A stretch of DNA of 64,000 bases from an uncultured Ruficoccus sp. (GTDB lineage: Bacteria > Verrucomicrobiota > Verrucomicrobiia > Opitutales > Cerasicoccaceae). Shown here piece by piece: positions 30,229 through 39,911 of this stretch. The position numbers and the translations under genes are program-made. The stretch is taken from the NCBI GenBank assembly GCA_965140785.1, contig OZ223510.1, positions 64,001 through 128,000 on the forward strand. The letters are read 5' to 3'. The notes beneath the pieces were generated by a model that saw nothing but the letters and a program-made list of their open reading frames with translations, was not told where the DNA came from and made no database searches. Within the stretch, counting starts at the first letter, position 1. Each line of letters opens with the position of its first letter.

Positions 30229-33200
30229 GTGAACAAAAGAGCCCAGAAAACGACGGAAGATAGAGCGGGGTTTGCGCTGATTTTGGCCATATCCCTGATG
30301 GCCTTTTTGCTACTCTTGACCATCGCCCTTTCGACTCTGGTCAGGGTTGAGGTCTCCGTTGTCAATACCAGCCAACTGCAAACGATTGCCCGGCAAAACG
30401 CGCTTCTGGGCCTGACGGTTGCGATTGGAAATTTACAGACAACACTCGGGCCGGATCAGCGGGTATCCGCGCAGGCTAATATCTTGACGGGCGCAGACGC
30501 CCCTTCGAGTGCGGCCTACTACTGGACCGGGGTTTGGAATGCGGATGCGAATCACCCCGATTACGAGCTAGGTGAGCGTGTGGCCTGGCTGGTATCCGGT
30601 TCTCCGGACACGGATAACGGGCATCAGGTGAACGCGGGGGATTCCTGGGTTACCTTGTTCGGAAGCCATCTGGGCGCAAATAATCCAGAGCGTATTCGTT
30701 TACCCCGGGTGGAGATTGCCAGCGGTGGACCTATGGCGGGTAGCTATGCCTGGTGGGTTAGCGATGAGGGTGTAAAAGTCCGCTATAACAACGACGCGGA
30801 TGTGGTCTTTGGCGAGAGTGACCAAAATGGTGACCTGCGCTTATCCAGCCCGTCACACGCGGATATCGGCTCCTATGCGCTGCTCGGAGATTATAATGCC
30901 AATACCATGAATACGGAGGCGGTATTGGGATTTGACACGCTGCCGCTTGTGCATGGCGACAGCGAACTGAAAAATCCGTCGAGCCAGGCCCGGGCGCAGT
31001 TAGAGCATGAGCTGTCTTTTTCCAGCGTGGGCTTGCTGACCGATACCCGAAACGGAGGGCTGAAGCAGGATCTGACGGTACTGTTTGAGGGGGACGGAGC
31101 ACTACCGGACCTCGGCACGGGATTGCCCGATATGGATTTGTTTAAGTCGTTTTACAGTTTAAAGGATGATATTAATGACAGCGGTGTTGACGCGAATATC
31201 TCTCCCCGGAGACAGACGGCGACCGAGCACGGAATTGCACCGGTGCTGACCAATTTTCTTTTCAATTTCGGGTTTGCACCCTCGCAGTATGCCGACCCCG
31301 CCACGGTGCTGATCACGATGCGTCCGATTATTGTATTGGCCAATCCCTACAATATCAAATTGACCGCGGCCGACTACACAGTTCAGTGGAAGCCCGGGAG
31401 TCACGGAGACCCTCCCAAGGTGGCCGTGAAAATACTCGATCCTGATCCTGCGTTCAGAGAGGCTATTTCGCTTACCTTACCCTTGGACACTCTATTCGGA
31501 ACATCGTTGAGCTTTCAGCTTCCGAATGTGGCATTTGAACCCGGCGAGGTGAAGATTTTTACACTGAATGCGACGGCGCCGTTCGAGTTGCCCGCTGCGG
31601 GCGTGTCTATGACCAATGAGGGAATTCCTTCCAGTGCCTATGTCTGGGTGGACAGTGGGCAGGTGCCGAAGCCCGGTGCGACCCGGAGTAAAGGGGGCAT
31701 GGCGATGCGGGCAGGGTATAACGACTTCGTCCTCCAGATTAACGGGTCAGATGCCCAGCGGATCGAGGACGTCTTTAGTCCCGGTACTTATCTCGACACG
31801 GGGAGTGGGGCGGTCTCCATGGATGATGCCGACGGCGTACCCCTCGAATCCGTGCTGTGGGGGGTGCCGGACCGATTTAACTTTAAGACTACCTCTGATG
31901 ACAGGAACAGCTTTGGACCTACAGATAATAACACCGATGGAAGCTTTAGAGATGTACGTGGTTCGGCCTGGCTGGTGTGCGGAAATATCCGTGCTCCGCG
32001 GATGCAGGCCCCGACAGACACCGACTACCGCTGGGACGGTAACGCCAGCTATGTCGGGGTTTATCAGGGCGGCGGCACTTCTAACAACAACGTGGAGCAT
32101 TTTCTGGTCGATAATACCGGCACACATGCGTTTTGGGGATGGGGGCGTGATGGTGCGCGTGGGAGTGAGTATGTGACTTTGTTTGATGTGCCGCGCCGAC
32201 CCCTGTTGTCCCTTGGGCAGTTGCAGCACGTGAATATCGGCAGCGGGATCGATCCTGCGTATGTCCTTGGGAATTCGTGGGCCAGTCCTTTTGTGGACTA
32301 CGCCTCCGAAGACCTGACCTACCGGATCAATGAGGCCATGTGGGATACGTTTTATTTCAGTGGTTACGAGGCGGCGGCTCATCGGTGGCTGAACCCCCGG
32401 ATCCGGCCGTTGGTGAAAGGGCTGGAAGACGACGACCCACGCCTGGCAGACGCCAAAGACATCTCGAGCCTTTTGGGGGTGGAGGGGATGTTTAATGTCA
32501 ATTCCACCAGCGTCGATGCCTGGCGGGCGCAGCTGGCCGCATTGCGGGATCGGGCCGTTATTTATTTTAACGCGGCAAGCGGGAGTACGGCGATGTATGA
32601 GTATCAGTCGGAGGATGTGAATGTGCCCATGCCGCGCACCCCGCTGCCATCAGGCGTAGCCTTTTCTCCGACCGATGCGGAGGATGCGACTCTGGGTGCG
32701 ATGTGGAATGGCTTTCGTGATTTGACCGACGCTCAGATCGACGCGCTCGCGGGACAGGTCGTCTATCAGATTCAGAAGCGGGGGCCATTTCTGGCGCTGA
32801 GCGATTTCGTAAATCGAGACATATCCAGTACAGAGGGTGGAACCTATAGTCCGCGCCAGATGGGAGCGCTCCAGGCGGCAATCGATACGACGGATTCGCA
32901 TGCGATTGAAGGAGTGACCTATCTGCCCACCTCCATCAATACGGTACTGGGTGAAAGAATCACCTCCTCTCCGGCTAGAGAACAACAAGTCACCGGAACC
33001 GATCTCGACGGGTTGCCCAACTATGGAGCGGTCATTGATTTGTCCCGCAACCGAGCCGCTCCCGGTTACCTGACCCAGGCGGATATATTGACGCTGATGG
33101 GCAGCTATATCAATGTCCGCTCCGATACTTTTACTATTCGGGCTTACGGGGATGTTGAGAATGTGCTGAGCGGAGAGTTTGCCAGTGCGGTATGTGAGGC

Positions 33201-33336
33201 GGTGGTGCAGCGTATACCGACTCCCCTCGATCCTGACCCGGCAGATCCCACGGAGCCGCTGGCTGCCGGCGGGCGGGGTCTGGGGCGAAAGTTTGTTATC
33301 ATATCCGTGCGTTGGCTGACGAAAGATGAAGTTTAG
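30229..33336 (+). CDS. Giant PilX/GspK-like prepilin protein (second paralog), 1035 aa
   Basis: G|FALILAISLMAFLLLL without Glu+5; the same conserved N- and C-terminal blocks as 14809-18210. Confidence 0.8.
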   Translation: MNKRAQKTTEDRAGFALILAISLMAFLLLLTIALSTLVRVEVSVVNTSQLQTIARQNALLGLTVAIGNLQTTLGPDQRVSAQANILTGADAPSSAAYYWTGVWNADANHPDYELGERVAWLVSGSPDTDNGHQVNAGDSWVTLFGSHLGANNPERIRLPRVEIASGGPMAGSYAWWVSDEGVKVRYNNDADVVFGESDQNGDLRLSSPSHADIGSYALLGDYNANTMNTEAVLGFDTLPLVHGDSELKNPSSQARAQLEHELSFSSVGLLTDTRNGGLKQDLTVLFEGDGALPDLGTGLPDMDLFKSFYSLKDDINDSGVDANISPRRQTATEHGIAPVLTNFLFNFGFAPSQYADPATVLITMRPIIVLANPYNIKLTAADYTVQWKPGSHGDPPKVAVKILDPDPAFREAISLTLPLDTLFGTSLSFQLPNVAFEPGEVKIFTLNATAPFELPAAGVSMTNEGIPSSAYVWVDSGQVPKPGATRSKGGMAMRAGYNDFVLQINGSDAQRIEDVFSPGTYLDTGSGAVSMDDADGVPLESVLWGVPDRFNFKTTSDDRNSFGPTDNNTDGSFRDVRGSAWLVCGNIRAPRMQAPTDTDYRWDGNASYVGVYQGGGTSNNNVEHFLVDNTGTHAFWGWGRDGARGSEYVTLFDVPRRPLLSLGQLQHVNIGSGIDPAYVLGNSWASPFVDYASEDLTYRINEAMWDTFYFSGYEAAAHRWLNPRIRPLVKGLEDDDPRLADAKDISSLLGVEGMFNVNSTSVDAWRAQLAALRDRAVIYFNAASGSTAMYEYQSEDVNVPMPRTPLPSGVAFSPTDAEDATLGAMWNGFRDLTDAQIDALAGQVVYQIQKRGPFLALSDFVNRDISSTEGGTYSPRQMGALQAAIDTTDSHAIEGVTYLPTSINTVLGERITSSPAREQQVTGTDLDGLPNYGAVIDLSRNRAAPGYLTQADILTLMGSYINVRSDTFTIRAYGDVENVLSGEFASAVCEAVVQRIPTPLDPDPADPTEPLAAGGRGLGRKFVIISVRWLTKDEV

Positions 33337-34021
33337 TATGGTGAGATTCTGTGCCACTTTTATAGCGTTGTCTTGGTTCGTTCTGAGTGGTTATGCCGCT
33401 GAGGACGTGAAGGCGGTGCGCTGTTCCTTATCGGCTATCACCAATAATAGCGCCATCCGGGATCTGCACTATTTGAACAATGGCAAGTGGGAGACACTCG
33501 ATGTCCCCGCCGCCCGAACCTCTCAGCCCTTTGACTATTCAGGGCCGCAGCAGATTAAGTTTTATTCGGAGCCGTACTCTGCGGATGAAGCACCTCCGCC
33601 TCCCTTGGGCAGTGTTCGGTTACAGGGGGCGGGAACTGAGCAGTTGCTGGTCTTTATCCCAAGGTCGAGCGATCCACACCGCTATGATATTGTCGCTATC
33701 AAAGACGATGCCGCGTCGTTCCCTCCGCGTCACTTGCTGTTTTTCAATTTTACTGGTGATCTCATTGCCGGAGCATTTGACAATGAGGTCGTTCAGGTCG
33801 ATCCGGGCAAATCTGCTCTGTTCGCCTACGATGAATCGAAGACTCGCGGGATGCGTATCCAACTGGCGATTCAGCAAAAGTCTAATAATGAGTGGAAACG
33901 GATATATGCTTCCGGGGTCCCCATTTTTCCGAATGTACGATGGTTGGTGCTGTGCGTGCCTGCTGAGCAGCGGCCTTGGCTGTTGATGGTGAAAGATCGG
34001 AAGAGGGCGGGGCAACCGTGA
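33326..34021 (+). CDS. Secreted hypothetical protein, partner of the giant pilin-like protein
   Basis: Signal peptide; overlaps the upstream gene by 11 nt; paralog of 14061-14816. Confidence 0.8.
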   Translation: MKFSMVRFCATFIALSWFVLSGYAAEDVKAVRCSLSAITNNSAIRDLHYLNNGKWETLDVPAARTSQPFDYSGPQQIKFYSEPYSADEAPPPPLGSVRLQGAGTEQLLVFIPRSSDPHRYDIVAIKDDAASFPPRHLLFFNFTGDLIAGAFDNEVVQVDPGKSALFAYDESKTRGMRIQLAIQQKSNNEWKRIYASGVPIFPNVRWLVLCVPAEQRPWLLMVKDRKRAGQP

Positions 34022-34103
34022 GAGAGGCATTCGATATGCGATGACACCTGTCGATACAGGATCGGGTGACGTTGATATATCTTTATGGGGAGAGAGGTTG
34101 ATT

Positions 34104-35120
34104 ATGGAGATGAATATAAAACCGCCGAAAGCGGTGTACTTACTTGATCGTTTTGCATACGACTTAATTTACGGACCTGATGAGCGTCATGACATTGCAC
34201 GACTGACGCAGCTGGACGGCCCGGTTTTAACGGCAGAAACATGGTCTTCACACCCGGATATTTGTGAGCAAGCGGAGGTGATCTTTTCCGGATGGGGCAT
34301 GCCTGTGGTTGATGATGCATTCCTGCGCTCATTTCCCCAACTCAAGGCCGTTTTCTACGGTGCAGGTTCTATTCGAGGGTTCGCCACAGATAAATTTTGG
34401 ATGCGGGATATTGCAGTCACAAGTGCTTACAAGCCCAACGCGGTTCCGGTTTGTGAGTTCACTGTCGCACAAATCGTGCTTTCAACCAAGCGAGTGTGGG
34501 GGCTTTCGTCGCAAGTCCGTCGGTCTCGAACCTGCCCACACCCGAGCACCTTGGATCTCCCCGGCATGTATGGCTCTGTCGTCGGCTTGATCTCGCTGGG
34601 TACGATCGGGTGTATGGTGGCCGATCGGCTGCGTCAGTATGACATCAAGGTTATCGCCTATGATCCCGTGGTCGATCCAGCCCTGGCAACCGATCTTGAT
34701 GTTGAGTTATGTTCGTTGTCGGAGGTCTTTACTCGGGCTGATGTCGTCAGCTGTCATGCGCCGTATATAGAAGAGACTGAGGGCATGCTTTGCTATGAGC
34801 ATTTCATGTCGATGAAACATGGCGCTACTTTCATCAATACAGCACGTGGTGCCGTCGTCGATGAGACCGGCTTAATTGCCGCGATGCGTGAGCGGACTGA
34901 CCTGCATGCGCTTTTAGATGTTACATGGCCCGAGCCTCCTGTCCCGGAGTCTCCATTATACACGCTTCCGAACGTGTTGCTCACACCCCATGTCGCCGGT
35001 AGTGTGGGAAAGGAATGTCGCCGGATGGGACGGACGATGGTGAATGAACTCAAGCGCTACCTGAATGGGCAGCCACTGGAATTCGGTATCTCGCGAGATC
35101 GATTACTGACCATGGCATGA
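34104..35120 (+). CDS. D-2-hydroxyacid dehydrogenase family protein
   Basis: GLISLGTIG, FINTARG, LDVTWPEP, LTPHVAG; purine-rich RBS before ATG 34104. Confidence 0.92.
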   Translation: MEMNIKPPKAVYLLDRFAYDLIYGPDERHDIARLTQLDGPVLTAETWSSHPDICEQAEVIFSGWGMPVVDDAFLRSFPQLKAVFYGAGSIRGFATDKFWMRDIAVTSAYKPNAVPVCEFTVAQIVLSTKRVWGLSSQVRRSRTCPHPSTLDLPGMYGSVVGLISLGTIGCMVADRLRQYDIKVIAYDPVVDPALATDLDVELCSLSEVFTRADVVSCHAPYIEETEGMLCYEHFMSMKHGATFINTARGAVVDETGLIAAMRERTDLHALLDVTWPEPPVPESPLYTLPNVLLTPHVAGSVGKECRRMGRTMVNELKRYLNGQPLEFGISRDRLLTMA

Positions 35121-35499
35121 GCAGGCGTCCCGGGAGTAAGTCTGGCAACTTTTATGGGAACAATAGCCGAGACCAAAGGAACCTGCCACGTCCGTGGAAT
35201 CCGGCCCCCTTGGTTTGGGGCAGCTATTTTATGATTGGATAGATGGGGTGCGCGCGGGGTGTTTTACGTCTGTGTCGGATGCTTTGCGTTTAAGACCACG
35301 TCCTGATAAAAGTCCTGGAAGCCGACAAATACCCGACGAGCGGACGTTGGCATCGCCGATCACATGGCGGAAGTCTCAACTGATATTGATACGTTGGACA
35401 ATGAAACCTTAGGGAGTGGCCTATCGCCCTCACTCGACACAGGCGCGTGACTTATGGACCCATACTTTGAATGGGGGCGTATATCACAGAGCCGTCAGA

Positions 35500-36522
35500 T
35501 TAGGCCATGATGCTGTAGATCTGTTCAGTCACTTCATGTTCCAGGGGCAGTCCCGCCAGATAACGTTCCAGTTCGTCAGCCATATACTCCCCCATACGAT
35601 AGCATTCCCCGTTAATACTGCCGGCGATGTGCGGCGTAATGAACACATTGGGCAGCTTCCAGAGCGGGTGGTCCTCGTGGCAGGGTTCCGGGTAGGTGAC
35701 ATCGAGAACCGCGTCCAGGTCGGTCCGGTGACTCAGCGTTTCGACTAAAGCTGGTTCGTCGATCAGGCTGCCGCGGGCCGTGTTGACAAGGGTGGCGTGC
35801 GGTTTCATCGAGTTGAGCAATTCATGGCTTATCATGGCCTTGGTTTCGGGCAGGCTCGGCGCATGCAGACTGACAACATCCGATTTCTCGAACAATTCCT
35901 CCAGTGATACGAGACGTACCCCCAGAGATAACGCATCTGCCGGTGTCGCATACGGGTCGTAGGCGAGCACATTGAGGGTGTGCCCCTCGGTCAAGGCATG
36001 GGCAACCCGTCGGCCAATCGTTCCCAGCGAAACAATCCCAACGGTGGAGCGGAAAATGCCCGCCGCCTCCGGCGGTTTGAGCCACTTATGGTTCAGTTTT
36101 GTGCGCTGCTGCGTGCGCCAGAATTTCTTCAAGCTCAGAATAATGATGGCGTGGGCGAATTCAGCGGTTGGAATCGCATTGGCCCGCCAGGCGGACGAAA
36201 CACCGATACCGCGCAGTCGGGCCTCCGGCGTATAGAATTGGCGGATGGAGCCCGCCCCGTAGAAGACATGCTTGAGCTGTGGCGTGGCTTTCAGGAATCC
36301 CTCATCCATGACCGGCATGCCCCAGCCCGACAGGATGTACTGGACGCAACTAAGCTCTGCGGCATGCTCGCGCCAGGTGCCAGCCGTTAGCTGGAGGGGC
36401 AGGGGACGGGTCAATTCGCGAACTCGATGCTGAGTTCGCTCGGAATAGATTTTTCCAAAGGACCGGTGATCCAATAAATAGGCACTGGGTGGAAGGTGTG
36501 TCATGGGATGTGCCTCCGGCAT
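35500..36522 (-). CDS. D-2-hydroxyacid dehydrogenase family protein (paralog of 34104)
   Basis: GIVSLGTIG, LVNTARG, LDVTYPEP, ITPHIAG. Confidence 0.92.
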   Translation of the reverse strand: MPEAHPMTHLPPSAYLLDHRSFGKIYSERTQHRVRELTRPLPLQLTAGTWREHAAELSCVQYILSGWGMPVMDEGFLKATPQLKHVFYGAGSIRQFYTPEARLRGIGVSSAWRANAIPTAEFAHAIIILSLKKFWRTQQRTKLNHKWLKPPEAAGIFRSTVGIVSLGTIGRRVAHALTEGHTLNVLAYDPYATPADALSLGVRLVSLEELFEKSDVVSLHAPSLPETKAMISHELLNSMKPHATLVNTARGSLIDEPALVETLSHRTDLDAVLDVTYPEPCHEDHPLWKLPNVFITPHIAGSINGECYRMGEYMADELERYLAGLPLEHEVTEQIYSIMA

Positions 36523-36553
36523 TTTTCCGCTAATGGCTTTCGGTTAAGTGAGT

Positions 36554-37273
36554 CTACTCTTCGATCAAATCCCACAGTTCATGGTTGCCGACGACCTCAT
36601 CGCGCGTCATCGCGGTAGCGCTGCCGTCATAATGGACAACGGCCGCTCGACCATTGTAGCGGTAGGCGGTGGCATGCTTGGTATAGACCTCTTCGCCGCG
36701 GTAGAGATCGGCACTGTCCCTGTCGATGATCCAGTCCAGAGCGTCAGCAAAAGCCAGCTTTTCGTCGGGGGCGATGATGTCCGCGGCGTACATCTGTAAG
36801 CCTTGACCAGCCTCGCCCCAGCGGCCTCGCATGTTTGTGCTATTGTAGCCGTAAGCACGGTCGATCCGAAGGTCGCCGTCTTTCGAGTGTGTAATCTCCG
36901 CTCCGGGTGCGACAAGTCCTTCGGGCCAGATTCTGCCGGGTTTTAGCGAGAAGTAGGCTCGAAATTCCGGATCGCTATGCCAGAAGACCGCTTCACCTTC
37001 TTCCGACCAACTGGCCAGCGGCACATACCCGCCGCTGTGCTCATTGCTGTACAGGGTGTTGGCTATTTGCAGAGAGCGCAGATTGCTGACACTCTTGCTC
37101 AACGAGGCATCGGCGCGCATATTTTGAACCGTCGGTATGATAATCGCCGTCAGGATGGCGACGACCACGATGACGGACAGTAGCTCGATCAGTGAAAAGC
37201 CGGCACGAGTGAACGTGCGTTGCGCCGATCGGCCTTTTCTCGGGATGGCTTGCTGGCAGTGTTGATTCATCAT
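36554..37273 (-). CDS. Prepilin-type N-terminal cleavage/methylation protein with H-X9-DG-like tail
   Basis: G|FSLIELLSVIVVVAILTAIIIP; SNLRSL; YGYN; C-terminal RYNGRAAVVHYDG. Confidence 0.9.
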   Translation of the reverse strand: MMNQHCQQAIPRKGRSAQRTFTRAGFSLIELLSVIVVVAILTAIIIPTVQNMRADASLSKSVSNLRSLQIANTLYSNEHSGGYVPLASWSEEGEAVFWHSDPEFRAYFSLKPGRIWPEGLVAPGAEITHSKDGDLRIDRAYGYNSTNMRGRWGEAGQGLQMYAADIIAPDEKLAFADALDWIIDRDSADLYRGEEVYTKHATAYRYNGRAAVVHYDGSATAMTRDEVVGNHELWDLIEE

Positions 37274-37394
37274 TCAGGGAGAGGGTGACAGGGCCGTGTC
37301 AGCCTGCATGATTCGACAATGGATGAGCGCCCATGTGAAATGGGCTCCTGTAGAGCAAAGGCTGGATTGAGTTCAGTATCTGTTGGCTGGTCCG

Positions 37395-38315
37395 CTAACG
37401 CCGGGAGCCTCTTTTCAGCGCTTGGCGAAAACCGACCACGATCAGAATGGGCAACAGCAGCATTCCGTAGTCGGGCTCGGGGATACCGCTGGCGGAAAAT
37501 TCCGAGACCCCGATGGATACGACGGAACTATTGGGGTTGGAGGTGCCGGTAAAAGAATCGTCCCCGAAGTAGACACCGACGGAAGTGATGTCGCTGAGCG
37601 CCACGCTTTCAAAACTGGCGGAGCCGGCGTCGAATAGCAGCGAGGTGGTCGGGTCGTAAACGGCCCACAGCGTTGAGGTGAGTTCACTTTCGTTGATCGA
37701 GACGGTGACCGATGACCCTCCAGGGCTGTCGATGGTGGCCTGAGAGAGGTAATAGGTATTGTCAATCTGGATCAACCAGCGTCCCGTGGGTGAAAATTCA
37801 TCCGTGGGCGAGCCGGAGGTGTTCTGATAAAAGGTGGTGGACATTCCATTCAGCTTGATCGATCCGGCACTGTAGGGAGCGTTGAAGTCCGCCTGCTTGA
37901 ACACGTAGACCATGGCAAAGGAAAAGGTGCCTTCGCCCCAGCCATCGGTGCGGAAGGTTTGCAGGAATAGCGTGTCATTGCCATCCATTTGAGAGTAGTT
38001 GTTGCGGATCTTCTGGTTGTTAAAGCCAGACTGAATCTCCGTGCTGTCAAAGCGATAGCCGCCGTAAAAAGTGGGGCCGGAGTAGCCGCTGGAAGGACTC
38101 AGCGCGGCCGTATCGCTGAAGGCCGTTTCATCAGTATAAGGGCCGCTTCCCGATTCGGTTGCCGTGCGGGCGTAGTTGACGTCTCCGCTCACATAAGAGT
38201 CGGAGGGCCCGAAATCGACGAGGACGGCGCCCTGACTGTAGGCGCCCAGACCGGCGAAGGTTCCGATCAGAGCGGTGCGCAGGAGGTGGTTGAGGATGGG
38301 ACGATATTTTGTCAT
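37395..38315 (-). CDS. PEP-CTERM-like surface protein
   Basis: Signal peptide, Ser/Thr/Gly-rich body, variant tail IPEPDYGMLLLPILIVVGFRQALKRGSRR. Confidence 0.82.
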   Translation of the reverse strand: MTKYRPILNHLLRTALIGTFAGLGAYSQGAVLVDFGPSDSYVSGDVNYARTATESGSGPYTDETAFSDTAALSPSSGYSGPTFYGGYRFDSTEIQSGFNNQKIRNNYSQMDGNDTLFLQTFRTDGWGEGTFSFAMVYVFKQADFNAPYSAGSIKLNGMSTTFYQNTSGSPTDEFSPTGRWLIQIDNTYYLSQATIDSPGGSSVTVSINESELTSTLWAVYDPTTSLLFDAGSASFESVALSDITSVGVYFGDDSFTGTSNPNSSVVSIGVSEFSASGIPEPDYGMLLLPILIVVGFRQALKRGSRR

Positions 38316-38417
38316 GGGATGGGAGGGGTTGGTGTGATTCGGTGGTTTTGAGGGTGAAGGTTCTGTTGCGCGAGGAGGATGGTTTCTTGCGTAGAATGGT
38401 TGTGTCGATGTCCGGGG

Positions 38418-39740
38418 CTAGTCGGAGTTATCTGTCCCAGGTTCGAGAGGGGCGTAAACGAGACGAAGGTAAGTATCCTTTTCCTTGGGGGCGGGGGCTT
38501 CCTGCTCCCATCGGATGCATCGGGGATCATCAAAGCGCTTGGCCGCGCGCCGGAAAACCGTCCATAAATCCCGGGCATCATGATCGCGCATCTCCGAGTA
38601 TGGCCATTCTTCCGGATGATCCATGTAATAGCCCAGGTAGACAACGGCCTGGTGGACACGCGTTTGCTGCTCTGGAAATTCCAGGTCGATTTTATCACAA
38701 ACAGCCAGCACATCGAGGAAGGCTTGCAGGCAAAAGCATGAGTAGTGGAGCGGTCGTGTACGGGCCAGTTCCTGCGGAAGGCGCCCGTCTGGGGCGATCT
38801 GTTCTGTCAGCGCAGGTACCTTCTGAGTGTAGATCTGCCGCATCTCTTCCACGCGCCCGGCATAAACGGCGTAGGCACCGATCTGCGCATAATACCAGAC
38901 GCTGTGGTTGTTCGCTTGCGTGGACTCTTCGTCGGCATAGTCACTGGTCAAAAACCAGTCCAGCAGCTCATCCACCCATTGCCGGAAGGCGGCCTCATCC
39001 TGCGAGGTCCAGGAGCCGGACCCCTGGAGCAGTGTCACGGCATCCAGCATGGTGGGTAGCGACCATGTATCGATCATACCGATGTGTCGCCCATCACATT
39101 CGCCGGGGATGGCTTGCGCATAGCGAAGGTGGGGATTCATCCGGGTGGACTCATCCAGGAAAAAGGCACGCAGCCAAAGGGTGGCATGCCGGGCATAGCG
39201 TTCATCCTGAGTCAGGTAGTAGGCGAGCCCCAGGCGGCGTACTGCGTTCATGACGTTGCCGAGGCTGTTCATGTCTTGCACGTTATCCTTGTTCCACTCC
39301 CCGTCCCGGCGGATGTACGGCAGCCCGTCTTCGCTATCGGGGTTCGGCCACCAGTAGGGCCCGAGGCTATAGTAGTCGTGAGGATTATCGCTGGCAGGCA
39401 GGATCGTTTTGCTAACGACTGTTTGCGGTTGGCGGTTGAGGTCGGCATCAGCGTAACGCAAAAGCACTTCCATCTCCGAAGTTAGTCCGGCCGGGTTCGC
39501 CTGATACTCGGCTTGCATCTGCCGTATCCATGGTCCCTGCCAAATGAGCGTATCAGCAGAGGTCTGGGTGGCCATTGGGGGCACGACGAGCTGTTCCGAC
39601 TGTATCGGAGCAGGCTTCTCGCTGGATGGTTGACATCCAGTTATAAACAGCATCGAGCTTGCCAGAAGGAGGATGCAAACAAGAGGGGAAGGCATGCGAA
39701 CGACTATGCGCTGGGCATAACCCGTTGGCAAGTCGGTCAT
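38418..39740 (-). CDS. Alginate-lyase-domain polysaccharide lyase (PL38-like), lipoprotein
   Basis: HDYYSLGPYWWPNP...LPYIRRDG, TRMNPHL.YAQ, NNHSVWY, QIAPDG.LPQELART; lipobox FITG-C. Confidence 0.88.
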   Translation of the reverse strand: MTDLPTGYAQRIVVRMPSPLVCILLLASSMLFITGCQPSSEKPAPIQSEQLVVPPMATQTSADTLIWQGPWIRQMQAEYQANPAGLTSEMEVLLRYADADLNRQPQTVVSKTILPASDNPHDYYSLGPYWWPNPDSEDGLPYIRRDGEWNKDNVQDMNSLGNVMNAVRRLGLAYYLTQDERYARHATLWLRAFFLDESTRMNPHLRYAQAIPGECDGRHIGMIDTWSLPTMLDAVTLLQGSGSWTSQDEAAFRQWVDELLDWFLTSDYADEESTQANNHSVWYYAQIGAYAVYAGRVEEMRQIYTQKVPALTEQIAPDGRLPQELARTRPLHYSCFCLQAFLDVLAVCDKIDLEFPEQQTRVHQAVVYLGYYMDHPEEWPYSEMRDHDARDLWTVFRRAAKRFDDPRCIRWEQEAPAPKEKDTYLRLVYAPLEPGTDNSD

Positions 39741-39911
39741 GTCTGATACAGTTCAGCCAGGCGGTTTTAAAAACCAATTTTGGGGACTCGCGCCATAATG
39801 TGTAGGCAGAGCCTCGTGTCCCGAGTTTGAAGTTCGCGGCATATTGATTGCGGGCTTACGCAGCCCGCGCCAATCGCAGACCCAAAGCATCAAAACTGGA
39901 CCACCCACGGC

